This document shows, piece after piece, positions 29,960 through 40,244 of a DNA stretch of 64,000 nt. Numbering within the stretch: position 1 is the first letter of the stretch; each line of letters opens with the position of its first letter. The notes below the pieces were generated by a model. The model was not told the origin of the DNA, did no database searches, and worked only from the letters and a program-made list of their open reading frames with translations. The DNA comes from a virus. Lineage: Duplodnaviria; Caudoviricetes. The translations under genes were made by a program, and so were the position numbers. The stretch is taken from IMG/VR virus record IMGVR_UViG_3300014204_000006, positions 37,484 to 101,483 of that record, one strand, 5' to 3'.

Positions 29960-30342
29960 AGTTTTCCCTTATCTAAATAAATAAAATATTGATAATAAAT
30001 AGTTCTTGAGTCCTCTCCATATTGCTCTGTTACTATTTTTAAGTCAGACGTATTGCAATAATGCCTTATAAGTATTCCGGCTTCCATTCCACTCCTACAG
30101 ACTGGAAGCTCTTGCCAATAATCTTCATCGCTTAATTTTATATACACTTGAGCAAATGGAATATACCCTAAGCCATGATTTATTATAGCTGTCTCTTTTT
30201 CATCTCCATTATTTGATTCTGATCCGCTACCAGATAATACTCCTTTTAATAAAGGATACTTTGAAGTAACGACCATGTCAAGGTCATCTCCTGTTTTGAC
30301 ATCTACTCCATCTGATGAAATTCTAAATCCGTAATCAGCCAT
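29956..30342 (-). CDS. Tail-associated protein
   Basis: DYG.RIS..G.DVKT and I.HGLGY.P motifs shared with the 30335 gene. Confidence 0.6.
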   Translation of the reverse strand: MADYGFRISSDGVDVKTGDDLDMVVTSKYPLLKGVLSGSGSESNNGDEKETAIINHGLGYIPFAQVYIKLSDEDYWQELPVCRSGMEAGILIRHYCNTSDLKIVTEQYGEDSRTIYYQYFIYLDKGKL

Positions 30343-31096
30343 TTTTTTGTTTAAAAATTATATAATAAAGCATATCTCCATTATCCATATATTCTTGAAC
30401 GCTAGAAGTATTTATAGTGGTACTCACATAATTTATATAATCGTTACCATTTCTTTTTTTGAATATTAATGTTGATGGGAAATATCCTAGGCTGTGGCTG
30501 ATTGTTTTTACTCCATCAGATGTCGCAGTATATATTCCCTTTTTATTGACAATGTGAGAAAAAAAAGAACTAGACATCACGCAATTTATATCATCACATG
30601 TTTTAACATCATATCCATCTTTAGATATCCTTATCCCATAGTCTGTACTGCTTGATCCTAGAGTCGTCCCACTATTCACTATTTTTTCATTGAACGTTCT
30701 AAAATCATCTAAAAATAATATTACTGTAAAATATACCGTAGCCCCAGCAGTCATATCATCAAAATATGGAGTGATAACTATTCTTAATTCATTTAATTTA
30801 TTTTCAGTATTATCATGGTAATCTTCAGTGAATGATAATCCAAGACTATCACAAAAAAAATAGCTGTTGTTTACTCCTATGCTAGAACTACCATTATAAA
30901 TTACAACAAAAGGGGCATAAAATCCAAGATTATGAGCTATAGTTATAGTGTGTGTTCCACTAGTAGGGATAGTGGTACTCACTGAGTACACATTGTATAT
31001 TTTTAAAGATTGGAATGCAGAACTATATACTAAAAACCTGTCATCGCAAGTTTTGACATCATACCCTTTTTGAGATACTGCTGCACCATAATCCAT
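30335..31096 (-). CDS. Tail-associated protein with two internal repeats
   Basis: Two DYG..S..GYDVKTCDD...H.LG units. Confidence 0.6.
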   Translation of the reverse strand: MDYGAAVSQKGYDVKTCDDRFLVYSSAFQSLKIYNVYSVSTTIPTSGTHTITIAHNLGFYAPFVVIYNGSSSIGVNNSYFFCDSLGLSFTEDYHDNTENKLNELRIVITPYFDDMTAGATVYFTVILFLDDFRTFNEKIVNSGTTLGSSSTDYGIRISKDGYDVKTCDDINCVMSSSFFSHIVNKKGIYTATSDGVKTISHSLGYFPSTLIFKKRNGNDYINYVSTTINTSSVQEYMDNGDMLYYIIFKQKNG

Positions 31097-31106
31097 AATT
31101 ATATGT

Positions 31107-33971
31107 TTAAAATTTTCCTAAGAGTTTTCCTATGAGTACTCTATCATTAGTCCCATCACTTACGGTTATTCTTTTGTTAACTCCATCTAATTTTATATTT
31201 CCATCTCCTATATTTAATATTCCATTATTTGTACCAGTCCTAATTGAGTTCCAATTGGCCACTGGATTTTCAGATTCTACCCATTCAGATTCATTTATAT
31301 AAACACAATCCGCTGATGCAGCTACATACGGGGTATTATTATTATCAGTATTTATCCATATGTCTCCAACAGATAATGAGGTAGGGCCCTCACAATAAAG
31401 TGTATAAATTTCAGTAGAAGTCAATGATTTTCCATTGAAAAGTACTAAATCATCTATTGTTCCATTAAAAAAATCTTGGTTTGTGCCAGTATCAGATCTA
31501 TTTGCCACCCTTACATAATTTGTTCCTGCTCCCCAAACACTATCATGTGCCCAAGAAATTGTGCCCTCTAATACTCCATCTACATAAACTTTTAAATTTA
31601 CCCCATCACTAGTAGCCACAACAAAATGCCAGCTATCATTAGATACATTTGTTGTTCCAGAAATATATTCAAAATCTACATGTGATGTCACTCCAGTATT
31701 TTTTGCAGAAATAATGTTGACAATACCGCTAGATATTCTAAACAATATTCCACAATATTTAACTGATTGTTCGGACCAGCTGGAAAAAATGCTTTGGTCA
31801 CCCGTAGAAATAGAGGTTTTTATCCATGCGCAAATGCTCCAATCTCCACTCGGCTTTAAATCAGCGTGATCAACAATAGAGTAAGCATCATCAGTAATAA
31901 AATATGCTCCATTGCCAAATTTACCAGTGACGGCTGCAGGGGCAGAAATGGCTGTTAATGTATGCGAATTTCCTGAACTATCTGTGGTAGCAGCTCCAGA
32001 CGAAAATTTATAATAAGCTTTCACGCTTGCGTCTGACCCCAACGATGATGATCCAAACTCTGTGTATGTAGGAGTCTGTCTAAACGTTGTTATCTTTGTG
32101 GATGGATCATAACCTGGTTCAAAATCTGTTTCTATCCCTATAGTTATTCCTCCTATTATTGCTAATGTTCCGAGTGATTGATTCCACGAAAGACCAGCGT
32201 GACCGCCAGCTATATCTCCTAAAACAAAATTTCCAGAACTATCCATATATGTCTTCCATGCTCCATCGTCATAATATCCAAGGTTAGTAGCACTTAGAAA
32301 AAGTCCGGTACCGCTAGGGGCTCCTAGCGTGGCTGGTATTCCTGACAAATTACTTCCCCATACAGCTCCTACCGTGGCGTTATCATCTGGCTTTGTCGCT
32401 CCGGTTATGTTTGCAAAGTCAACAGGAGCCACTACCCATTCTCCAACCGCTATTTGATCAGCTCCAATAGAATCAGCTTTGTACATTTTGTTTCCATCGT
32501 TTGTATCGAACCATATGTCTCCTACAGATATTGATGTAGGAACAGCATCTTGCGTGAAAACAGCGGCACCTCCAGTATTTGTTATTAACACCCATTCCCC
32601 AACGGATATTTGATCAGCCCCAGCAGAAGCTGCTCTATACATATTATTATTATCATTCGTATCAATCCAAATATCTCCTATAGAAACAGACACTGGTATA
32701 GAATCTTGCAAAAATGTTGTTATGCTAGACCAGTTTAGGTCGTTTGTAATATCAGAAGCATTAATATCTCCAGGATTTGTTATTATTATATTACCCTGGA
32801 TTCTTAATCCATTATCAGAGTCATACTTGAGAAACCTTTCTGAGTCTCCAATAGCTATACCGAAGAGGTTTTCGCTATATCCGAGAAAACCGTTTAAATT
32901 ACCTAATCTTAATTTAGTATCAATGGAACTCCAAGGAGCTCCAGAGTGTTCAAAAACGGATATATAAGGAGAATTATTATCAGAAGCTGTCATATATACC
33001 CCTCCATCCCCTGATTGGCCATAATCGACCACTGCGGACCCCTTTTTCCACGCAGGATTATCATTAGAATTATAATTTGTAGAAACATCTCTCGTTACAG
33101 AATATATAGGGGCAGAAGATATATCCGTCACTATCAACCATTCGTCGTCTACGGTCGCTCCGTTGGATTCTTTTATCCTCAAAATATCTCCTACTGCGAA
33201 AGTAGCACTCCCCTTGGTTTTGAGTGTAGAATTATCAAGCTGTGTCATATCCTCGTCAAGAGTATCTCCGTTAGGAGATACTACAAAACTTCCAGCTATA
33301 ACATTGACAATATCTTTTTGGAATACAGAAGCTCTAAATATTCCCCGGCAAGCTATATTCCCCACCTCAAAAAGATTGCTATCTAGATGAAAACCAGTTC
33401 CAAAAGCTCCAGAGGTATAATTATCGCTCTCTATTTCCTTATAAACGCCATCTATGACGATAGGATTGTCCGCACCTACAAGTATCCTCCCTTCCTGCGT
33501 AATGCGTACCGTAGGGGCATTTTTAGGCCCAGAATAGAAGGATGTGTTCCCGCTAGACAGTCCAGTCCTGTTTTCCCCTGCATCCGCTGTAAGTTCTGTA
33601 GCCCCTATTACAAATCCGCCAATTTCTCCGGTAAGGGCTTCTATCTCTCCACTGATAAATACATTGACAAATTCAGCATATCCATTCCGTCCATCCATAT
33701 AGAAACCTTTTTTCTTTGGTTTCCAATCATTTGATCTGATAAATGTTTTTATCCATAAATCTTTAATATTTCCTTCATTTTTCACAGCAGCTTCTTCAAC
33801 ACTCCCATTTGAATCAGATGATCCTCCAGAACCAGAAGAAGAACTGGAAGAACTTTCTCCGCTAGCGGCTTTTGGAGTAGTAGAAGAACTCACAGATTTA
33901 CTCTGCGAGTCTCTAGTCAGGAAATTATCGTAAGGCCTATCAAGGGCCTTATAAGTTTTAGTCTCTGCCAT
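31107..33971 (-). CDS. Tail fibre/receptor-binding protein with LamG-like domain
   Basis: GEIGGF, repeated GDIW.DTND.N..Y units, LamG motifs (WSICAWIK, WHFVV.T.DG...VYVDG, F.G.IDD), C-terminal RVLIGKL. Confidence 0.75.
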   Translation of the reverse strand: MAETKTYKALDRPYDNFLTRDSQSKSVSSSTTPKAASGESSSSSSSGSGGSSDSNGSVEEAAVKNEGNIKDLWIKTFIRSNDWKPKKKGFYMDGRNGYAEFVNVFISGEIEALTGEIGGFVIGATELTADAGENRTGLSSGNTSFYSGPKNAPTVRITQEGRILVGADNPIVIDGVYKEIESDNYTSGAFGTGFHLDSNLFEVGNIACRGIFRASVFQKDIVNVIAGSFVVSPNGDTLDEDMTQLDNSTLKTKGSATFAVGDILRIKESNGATVDDEWLIVTDISSAPIYSVTRDVSTNYNSNDNPAWKKGSAVVDYGQSGDGGVYMTASDNNSPYISVFEHSGAPWSSIDTKLRLGNLNGFLGYSENLFGIAIGDSERFLKYDSDNGLRIQGNIIITNPGDINASDITNDLNWSSITTFLQDSIPVSVSIGDIWIDTNDNNNMYRAASAGADQISVGEWVLITNTGGAAVFTQDAVPTSISVGDIWFDTNDGNKMYKADSIGADQIAVGEWVVAPVDFANITGATKPDDNATVGAVWGSNLSGIPATLGAPSGTGLFLSATNLGYYDDGAWKTYMDSSGNFVLGDIAGGHAGLSWNQSLGTLAIIGGITIGIETDFEPGYDPSTKITTFRQTPTYTEFGSSSLGSDASVKAYYKFSSGAATTDSSGNSHTLTAISAPAAVTGKFGNGAYFITDDAYSIVDHADLKPSGDWSICAWIKTSISTGDQSIFSSWSEQSVKYCGILFRISSGIVNIISAKNTGVTSHVDFEYISGTTNVSNDSWHFVVATSDGVNLKVYVDGVLEGTISWAHDSVWGAGTNYVRVANRSDTGTNQDFFNGTIDDLVLFNGKSLTSTEIYTLYCEGPTSLSVGDIWINTDNNNTPYVAASADCVYINESEWVESENPVANWNSIRTGTNNGILNIGDGNIKLDGVNKRITVSDGTNDRVLIGKLLGKF

Positions 33972-33994
33972 AACTAGATAGTATCAAAGTACTA

Positions 33995-34681
33995 TCAGTT
34001 TCTTCCCCGCTCTTCAGGATACAAATCAGACACTAAATCTGATTGGAATATTTCTTTAGTATCAACATTCATCATTGACAATACCCCCTCCCAACCACCA
34101 CCTGTGTCCATAAACCATACATTGCCATATTGGAGTGGCTTGCGTGAATGGCGATAAATTGAAGTATGCCCTACATATATCTCATGAAATTGAACTTTCA
34201 AGACCTCATGTTCTTTGCTCCCTCTCATATCCCAAAGATCTCGATCCCAAGAAAGGTATCTCTTATCCGTGTCTTTTGGGTGGACCCCTGGTTTTATTCC
34301 TCCGTGGACATAACAGTTATTATTATCATCGATGTAATAAAACTCAGAATTGCTAAGAAACTCCCGATGCGATTTCATCAATTCAGGAGTCCTATTGATG
34401 TAAGCATACTTGCTCGCTTGCCCTCCTTGGAGAACCCATATATCAGGTTGTTTCCCGTATTTGAGGAAATCTTTCAGCCATTGGTCGTGGTTTCCCCGCA
34501 CATAAATCAAGTTTTTTACCTTTAATAAAGTCTCAATCGCCTCAGGAACTTCAGACCAACCGTCTGCCACATCACCCAAACAAATTAATTTATCCTTATC
34601 ATAATCAAAATTAGCCCGTTCTAAAACTTGGATCAAGGCTCTATTTCCACCATGGATGTCCCCTATTACGAATATTTTCAT
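33995..34681 (-). CDS. Calcineurin-like metallophosphoesterase (lambda NinI-like)
   Basis: GDIHG, LGDVAD, GNHD, VHGG, GHT, DTG motifs. Confidence 0.9.
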   Translation of the reverse strand: MKIFVIGDIHGGNRALIQVLERANFDYDKDKLICLGDVADGWSEVPEAIETLLKVKNLIYVRGNHDQWLKDFLKYGKQPDIWVLQGGQASKYAYINRTPELMKSHREFLSNSEFYYIDDNNNCYVHGGIKPGVHPKDTDKRYLSWDRDLWDMRGSKEHEVLKVQFHEIYVGHTSIYRHSRKPLQYGNVWFMDTGGGWEGVLSMMNVDTKEIFQSDLVSDLYPEERGRN

Positions 34682-34696
34682 ATCTTTTTAAATTTA

Positions 34697-34852
34697 TTAT
34701 TTATCTTTTATCTTAGATGTCAGATGCCACATAAAACATTCAGGGCAAAGGTATGACCTGAGCCTTTTTGTACGCTCCTTATAAACCTTTTTTCTGCATT
34801 TAGAGATGCTATTTTTACTATAACCGATCTTACCGCTACTGCAAGTTTTCAT
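34697..34852 (-). CDS. Small Cys/His phage protein (51 aa)
   Basis: Manual translation ...C..GKIGY...RSYLCPECFMWHLTS. Confidence 0.55.
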   Translation of the reverse strand: MKTCSSGKIGYSKNSISKCRKKVYKERTKRLRSYLCPECFMWHLTSKIKDK

Positions 34853-34879
34853 TTATTTTAAATTAATGATTACCTTATA

Positions 34880-34908
34880 ACGATACATCAGTATTTTCCA
34901 TTTGTCAA
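34880..34908 (-). promoter_or_regulatory. Sigma70-type promoter
   Basis: TTGACA(AATGG)-17 bp-TATCGT. Confidence 0.55.
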
Positions 34909-34959
34909 CCAACATGAAGGAACTATGCAATAGATAGTTCCCTCGTGTATAAACCATGA

Positions 34960-35313
34960 TTATGTTATGGATGGTTTGACCATGGAGCTCAACAGCTTCT
35001 TCTTATCAGCATCAGTCCTAGAAATAAAAGTCTTTTTAACAGTTGGAAAAGTTTCTAAGTTGGGATATTTTTTTTTGCTAATGTCAGAGGCCTTAATGGG
35101 ATTGAATCCAGTAACAGGAGAAGTTTTCAATGGGGTAGAAGAAACTAGCGTAGGAAGAGTCTTACTCAAGCTATTTACTCCAGGAATAGGAGTAGGCATA
35201 GCTGTTTTTTGGGAAACATTAGAAGTGCCGGAGGTGTTAACCACATTATTAAGAAGTCTCTTGTTGATGTCATTTTTTTTAATCATCTGGTTGCTTTTAA
35301 AAGATTGATCCAT
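34960..35313 (-). CDS. Hypothetical Ser/Thr/Pro/Lys-rich protein
   Basis: ORF in operon. Confidence 0.45.
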   Translation of the reverse strand: MDQSFKSNQMIKKNDINKRLLNNVVNTSGTSNVSQKTAMPTPIPGVNSLSKTLPTLVSSTPLKTSPVTGFNPIKASDISKKKYPNLETFPTVKKTFISRTDADKKKLLSSMVKPSIT

Positions 35314-35318
35314 ATTTT

Positions 35319-35675
35319 TTAATTTAAATTATTATTATCAGCAGGCCTTCTCCGCCTTTCTATGAACTTACGAGGATGGGGGCAATCCTCATAGTTATCA
35401 CAAACAGAACAAAGATCTTGGATAGGCCTATGTACTTCCGACCACCAGTAGCCTATTTGAGCATACTCCTTACATTGCTTCTGAGTTTCAGAAAGCTCTT
35501 TAATAAAGGTATTTGTATCCTTCATCTGACTATTTTGCTCAGAGTTCACCTCTATAAGCTTGGTTATGATATCATCTTTAGTCTTGAGATATCTAAGGAG
35601 GTAATAAACAGCAAATCCTAAAATACCTCCAACGCCTATCTCAGACAAAGATTTTAAGATAGTTAGATCTTCCAT
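35319..35675 (-). CDS. Membrane protein, holin-like
   Basis: N-terminal TM helix (IGVGGILGFAVYYLL) then a coiled coil. Confidence 0.5.
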   Translation of the reverse strand: MEDLTILKSLSEIGVGGILGFAVYYLLRYLKTKDDIITKLIEVNSEQNSQMKDTNTFIKELSETQKQCKEYAQIGYWWSEVHRPIQDLCSVCDNYEDCPHPRKFIERRRRPADNNNLN

Positions 35676-35679
35676 AGGG

Positions 35680-35997
35680 CTATTTCACAATACTTAAAAT
35701 AACAATACAGACATAAGCAAGAAACAAGAAAACATAGATCCAAGGCATACGTCTAGCCAATTTCATATATTCAGTATCATGTTTAACCTTTAAATCATGC
35801 ATCATGATGTCCATCTTGTTCATACGCTCATTGGTAGCTTTGACTAAAGAAAACTTATTCTTTTCATTATCACAAAATAGTGTTTTAAAGTCCTGGAAGT
35901 GACCATCCATTTTTGATCCCAATTCTTCTACCTCCTTTATAACCTGATTAATTTTTTCATTCTCCCTTATAATCTGATTTATTTTTTCTTCTGGCAT
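35680..35997 (-). CDS. Coiled-coil protein with C-terminal TM helix
   Basis: WIYVFLFLAYVCIVILSIV. Confidence 0.55.
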   Translation of the reverse strand: MPEEKINQIIRENEKINQVIKEVEELGSKMDGHFQDFKTLFCDNEKNKFSLVKATNERMNKMDIMMHDLKVKHDTEYMKLARRMPWIYVFLFLAYVCIVILSIVK

Positions 35998-36784
35998 AAT
36001 ATTACTTCATAATGCTTACTCTGGATACATACTAACAAAGTCCAAATTTTTAGAAAAATTTTTTTGGGCCGGTCAGAATCAGGAATTAGAGGGTATGGGG
36101 GGTCGAATTTTGTCAAGGGTCAAAGTATGGCTTATATATGGGATTTATTTTTTTGAAAAAAGTTTACCCCCCGAGAAAAAAGAGTTTGAGTCAGAAAAGT
36201 GTGTTGTAATATAGATTTATATTTTATTTGCTTTATACAAGCCCTAGTCATATCTATGTTTGATCATACTTTGGCTTAGATAGGGTTTATTTGAAAAGTA
36301 AGAAAAAGTCTGGGTGGGTACCTTACCTTACGGTCCCTCCGTTTCTGACAACAAACCGAATCACCCCCCATACCCCCTACAACGCTCTGTGTGCCTCTCT
36401 ACGGCTCTTTTACCACTTTATGGTATATAATCATTAATTTATATTATTATGGTCATCTACCCCATCTCTCGCAACGCACAGGGCATACCTACACGCTATG
36501 CATCAAGTGCTGTGCACACTACACTCAATGGTCAACGCACTAGAGTGTCAAGCATTGGCTATACAGGGCCAACGATTGCCTCAGTCATTGCTCAGGCAGT
36601 AGGCAATGCTGGATACATACATCAGAGAGAGTACCTCAGGAAGAAAATGTGTGTCAAGCAAGCCTTTATTACCACTTTATATGTGTAATTTTGGTTTTGG
36701 GTCGTGTTTTTTAGAGAGAATTTAGTTAGTGTTGGGTTCTCTTTATTCAGCGTCCAACCTAAAAAAAGGCAAAACGCCTGAATT

Positions 36785-36850
36785 AAGCAATATCAAACGA
36801 TATTAAACAATATCAAATGATATTAAACAATATCAGGCAATATTAAACAA
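36785..36850. repeat. 10-bp tandem repeat (AAACAATATY-like, about 6.5 copies)
   Basis: aagcaatatc aaacgatatt aaacaatatc aaatgatatt aaacaatatc aggcaatatt aaacaa. Confidence 0.85.
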
Positions 36851-36971
36851 AAGGAGACTAAAATGGACATATCCCTATCAGAAACAGATATAATAGAAGC
36901 ATTAGAGGCAATAAAGCCATATTTAGTCAAATAACACCTTCTCAGGGAATATATCATTATTCCCTGAGAAA

Positions 36972-37321
36972 TATCTTATTCTTCCCCCGGGACTGGATGT
37001 TGTTTTAATATAATAGCTATTAGATAAGCTATGAGCAACTTAGCCAGTATTTATCCCACCAAGTGGATACCTTAATATTAGAGTTGGACCACCATCTCAT
37101 AATATATGCCTGGGGAAGAGTAAGATAGAAAATAGATTAGATAAAGCATAAACCAATAGATAACTCAACAAAATTAAGTTGAATCCAATCTTCTACCACT
37201 TTATGCTTATATCTAAAAAAATGATTTAAGAAGTAGCTCTCATACGCAGAGGTAAGGGAATCTAGCCGCTCTAGACATCTACATCTTAAATCAAGATTTA
37301 AGGCTTGATCAACCTTAAATC
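36972..37321 (+). ncRNA. Tandem stem-closed structured RNA units
   Basis: Terminal stems at 36972/37127, 37137/37216, 37222/37293 and 37295/37321. Confidence 0.45.
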
Positions 37322-37415
37322 ACAATCTTATCCCATATAGGATATTAAGCGTTTGTGAATATCGTAAAACAATTCTCATCCAAGCCTTTTATAAATAATT
37401 TTAAGAACAAATAAA

Positions 37416-37763
37416 ATGAGTGAACAAACAACTGTACAAAATAACAAATCAGGCTTCAAGAACTTTATTGTAGCCAAACAATGGCTTAATAGCCAAGACG
37501 GACGACCAGGAGGAGCAATCGTATTTAACCGTAATCTTCCACAAAATATCAATATTTCAGCAGGCGCACGTATGCTCAGCCGTTTCAACAACAAGCGTCC
37601 GGGTATGAATGACCCAGATATCACTCTTTCAATCCTACTACCTGAAGCTGAAGCCAATAGACTCATAGAAGCTTCAAGAGTCAAAGAAATAGAGATCAAA
37701 GCAGAATTAGCTGCAAAAAAAGCTAATACAGCTTCACAAAGCCCTACAATGATCCAAGCATAA
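37416..37763 (+). CDS. First early gene, hypothetical
   Basis: 115-aa ORF followed by a terminator. Confidence 0.6.
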   Translation: MSEQTTVQNNKSGFKNFIVAKQWLNSQDGRPGGAIVFNRNLPQNINISAGARMLSRFNNKRPGMNDPDITLSILLPEAEANRLIEASRVKEIEIKAELAAKKANTASQSPTMIQA

Positions 37764-37794
37764 GGCCACTGAACCACAAAAAGTCGCTTACAAG

Positions 37795-37825
37795 AGCCGT
37801 AATAACCGTATTACGGCTTTTTTTG
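37795..37825 (+). terminator. Intrinsic terminator
   Basis: AGCCGTAATA-ACCG-TATTACGGCT-TTTTTT. Confidence 0.85.
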
Positions 37826-37913
37826 TTGCTGAAAGATAGCACCCAATTATGGAACTTGTGGAGATGAAAAATATATTAAATATGGTAACAGAAAATAGCC
37901 CCATACATTTAGG

Positions 37914-38090
37914 TAATAATTACAAGTTATTTTCCTTTAATAATTGTGGCTTAATACCACTGACGACGGAAGACAGGCAATAAATAGTCGTTGATACGCA
38001 CTTAGAGTGTGATTGGACAAAAAGAATGCGTATTCTTCCAATAATAACGGAGTTGCCAATTATTAAAGGAAATAGAGTTTATAATTATTA
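37914..38090 (+). ncRNA. Stem-closed RNA cassette, copy A
   Basis: ~30-bp imperfect terminal inverted repeat, near-identical to the flanks at 59572-59756. Confidence 0.55.
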
Positions 38091-38536
38091 AAATAACCAA
38101 AATGAAACATAATAAAAAATGGTTTTATAATAGGATTGGTAAGAGGGTATATTGCAATGACCACGGAATCAGAACAGACGGTGACCAATCTCATTGTGGT
38201 GGTATTGATATAGAAAGTGAAGTGGTAGCTGAAAACCTTTTTAAAGCGCAAGAGGAAAGAGAAGTATTATTTAGTGAGTAAATTTTAACTAGAGGGAGAC
38301 CTATTAAATAAAATGACAAAAAAAGAAACCTTAAAAGACTGGGTGAAAAAATGGTCAATAGCACAAATAGTGCGTGGCATAACTTCGGAGGGAATGATGT
38401 TTATGGCCAAAGAAGCGTATACCGATAAAGAACTAAAAAAGTATCAAGCAATAATGATTAAAGAATTAAAAAGTAGATTAAAATAAAATGAAATCATCTT
38501 GTTGCAACCAAATAGTAATAAAATAATAATAATAAA

Positions 38537-38965
38537 ATGAAATTAGAACAACAAGTCACATCTTTAGAACTAAGTAAAAAACTAAAAGAATTAGGAGTGA
38601 AGCAAGAAAGTTTGTTTTATTGGGTTAAACACAGGCAAACAGCATTTCCAGATGAAAAAATAATGCTAAAGGAAAATATTTACGGATATAATAAATTAGA
38701 ACCTCACGCATTTCAATTTGAAATTATTTTTTCAGCTTTCACAGTAACGGAATTAGGGAAGATACTTGTTGAAAAAGGAATTAGGGATTTTCCTTTTATA
38801 GAATATTACTCACACGAAAACGCCGAATGTTGGAAGTTTAAAAATCCATTTACAAAATATGCGGAGGAAATAATGGTAGCGGGAAGAGTGGACGATTTGA
38901 ATATAGCTGATGTTTTTTCAAAAATGCTTATATATTTAATTGAAAATAAACTTATAACCCTATGA
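38537..38965 (+). CDS. Conserved phage protein
   Basis: VTSLELSKKLKELGVKQES.FYW...SAFTV.ELG..L motif. Confidence 0.7.
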   Translation: MKLEQQVTSLELSKKLKELGVKQESLFYWVKHRQTAFPDEKIMLKENIYGYNKLEPHAFQFEIIFSAFTVTELGKILVEKGIRDFPFIEYYSHENAECWKFKNPFTKYAEEIMVAGRVDDLNIADVFSKMLIYLIENKLITL

Positions 38966-39246
38966 AATCAAAATGCTGTAATAAACGAGTACTAAAATCA
39001 AAAGAAGAAAACATCTGTTACTGCTGCGGTAGAGTTTGTGAGATGGTGGAAGAAAAAAGTCCACAAGAAGAAATAAGAAAAATTTGGGAAGAAATGAAAG
39101 AATTGAAATATCTTAATCAGTCCAAATTAGTTATAACTAGGGATAGAAGAGAGGAGCTCTCAATAAAATTCGAGGAGGTTGAAACCCTATTCGACCACGA
39201 AAGCACACTTTCAAAAGCTATAATTTATTATCTTAATCAAAAATAA
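38962..39246 (+). CDS. Small zinc-binding early protein
   Basis: SKCC...CYCCGRVC; N-terminus shared with 60874. Confidence 0.55.
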   Translation: MKSKCCNKRVLKSKEENICYCCGRVCEMVEEKSPQEEIRKIWEEMKELKYLNQSKLVITRDRREELSIKFEEVETLFDHESTLSKAIIYYLNQK

Positions 39247-39247
39247 T

Positions 39248-39574
39248 ATGTTCAAAGATTCATTTGAAGTAAAAATAAACTCTTGCCAACACGGAACTAC
39301 CAACACCAGTGGCATTTGTAATAAGTATTTAGGATCGGAAAAAATAACCGAGGAAGGTATTAAAAATTTTGTAGGGAATGTTACTTGGATAAAAAGGAAA
39401 AGGGAAGAACAAAAAGAAGATATAACCAAAAAAGCACTTAAACTTGGATTGAATGATGTTTCAATGCATGTTTGGCAAGCGTGTTGCAATAAACATGGAG
39501 TAGGTGGAACGCCCAAGGCTAATGAAATGTACGACAAAATAATGAGAGTAATTATTAAAGAGGCAGAAAAATAA
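39248..39574 (+). CDS. Hypothetical early protein
   Basis: ORF in operon. Confidence 0.5.
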   Translation: MFKDSFEVKINSCQHGTTNTSGICNKYLGSEKITEEGIKNFVGNVTWIKRKREEQKEDITKKALKLGLNDVSMHVWQACCNKHGVGGTPKANEMYDKIMRVIIKEAEK

Positions 39575-39575
39575 T

Positions 39576-40244
39576 ATGACAGAACAAATTGTTAAATGTG
39601 ATAGATGTGGTCAAATAAAAACATTGGGAAGACTTCTTAGATGGGACGAGGATATGGCTCATTGCAAGGGTTTATGTGTTGAATGTGCAAAAGATACTTA
39701 TGATGCTACTAAGGATGAGTGGCCAGAAGCCTTGAATAAAACACTAGATGATATTAACGAAAGAAGAAAAAATATGGAAGAACAAAAAGACGACAGGCAA
39801 GTAGACCCAGTTGGCTGTGATTATACGGAATGTTTAACAGGGGAATATCGCCCTGCAGTTGACCAAGATGATTATGATAGAAATAATCCAAAAGAATCCC
39901 CCACCAAACCGCAAGAGTGGGAGAGAAAATCGGAAGAACTTGATTGTAAAAAATTGTTGCAAGAAATATTAGAAATGACCATACCAGAAGCTGAAAAACA
40001 CCTAAAAAAAAGTATCAATAATGAGAGATTGATAGGATATGCCAATGGTAGAAGTTATGGGTGGAAAACTGGAGCGAAAATGACTCTCCAAGAACTAAAA
40101 GATGAACTGGTGAAATGGTGCGAAGAGAGAAAGTCATCTTGTTTAGAAGAATTTGATACCGCTAAAGATAGATATATTAGAGGATGTTTAGAAGGAATGG
40201 CAGATGCTTTTGATGAAGTAATAAACCTAATTAAAAATCTATGA
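39576..40244 (+). CDS. Early protein with N-terminal zinc finger
   Basis: CDRC...CVEC; C-terminus shared with 60874. Confidence 0.55.
   Translation: MTEQIVKCDRCGQIKTLGRLLRWDEDMAHCKGLCVECAKDTYDATKDEWPEALNKTLDDINERRKNMEEQKDDRQVDPVGCDYTECLTGEYRPAVDQDDYDRNNPKESPTKPQEWERKSEELDCKKLLQEILEMTIPEAEKHLKKSINNERLIGYANGRSYGWKTGAKMTLQELKDELVKWCEERKSSCLEEFDTAKDRYIRGCLEGMADAFDEVINLIKNL

Noticed and set aside
36449-36688. 79-aa plus-strand ORF in the strand-switch region
   Set aside because: Atypical composition, no recognisable motif, and it lies among repeat elements; coding status is unsupported.
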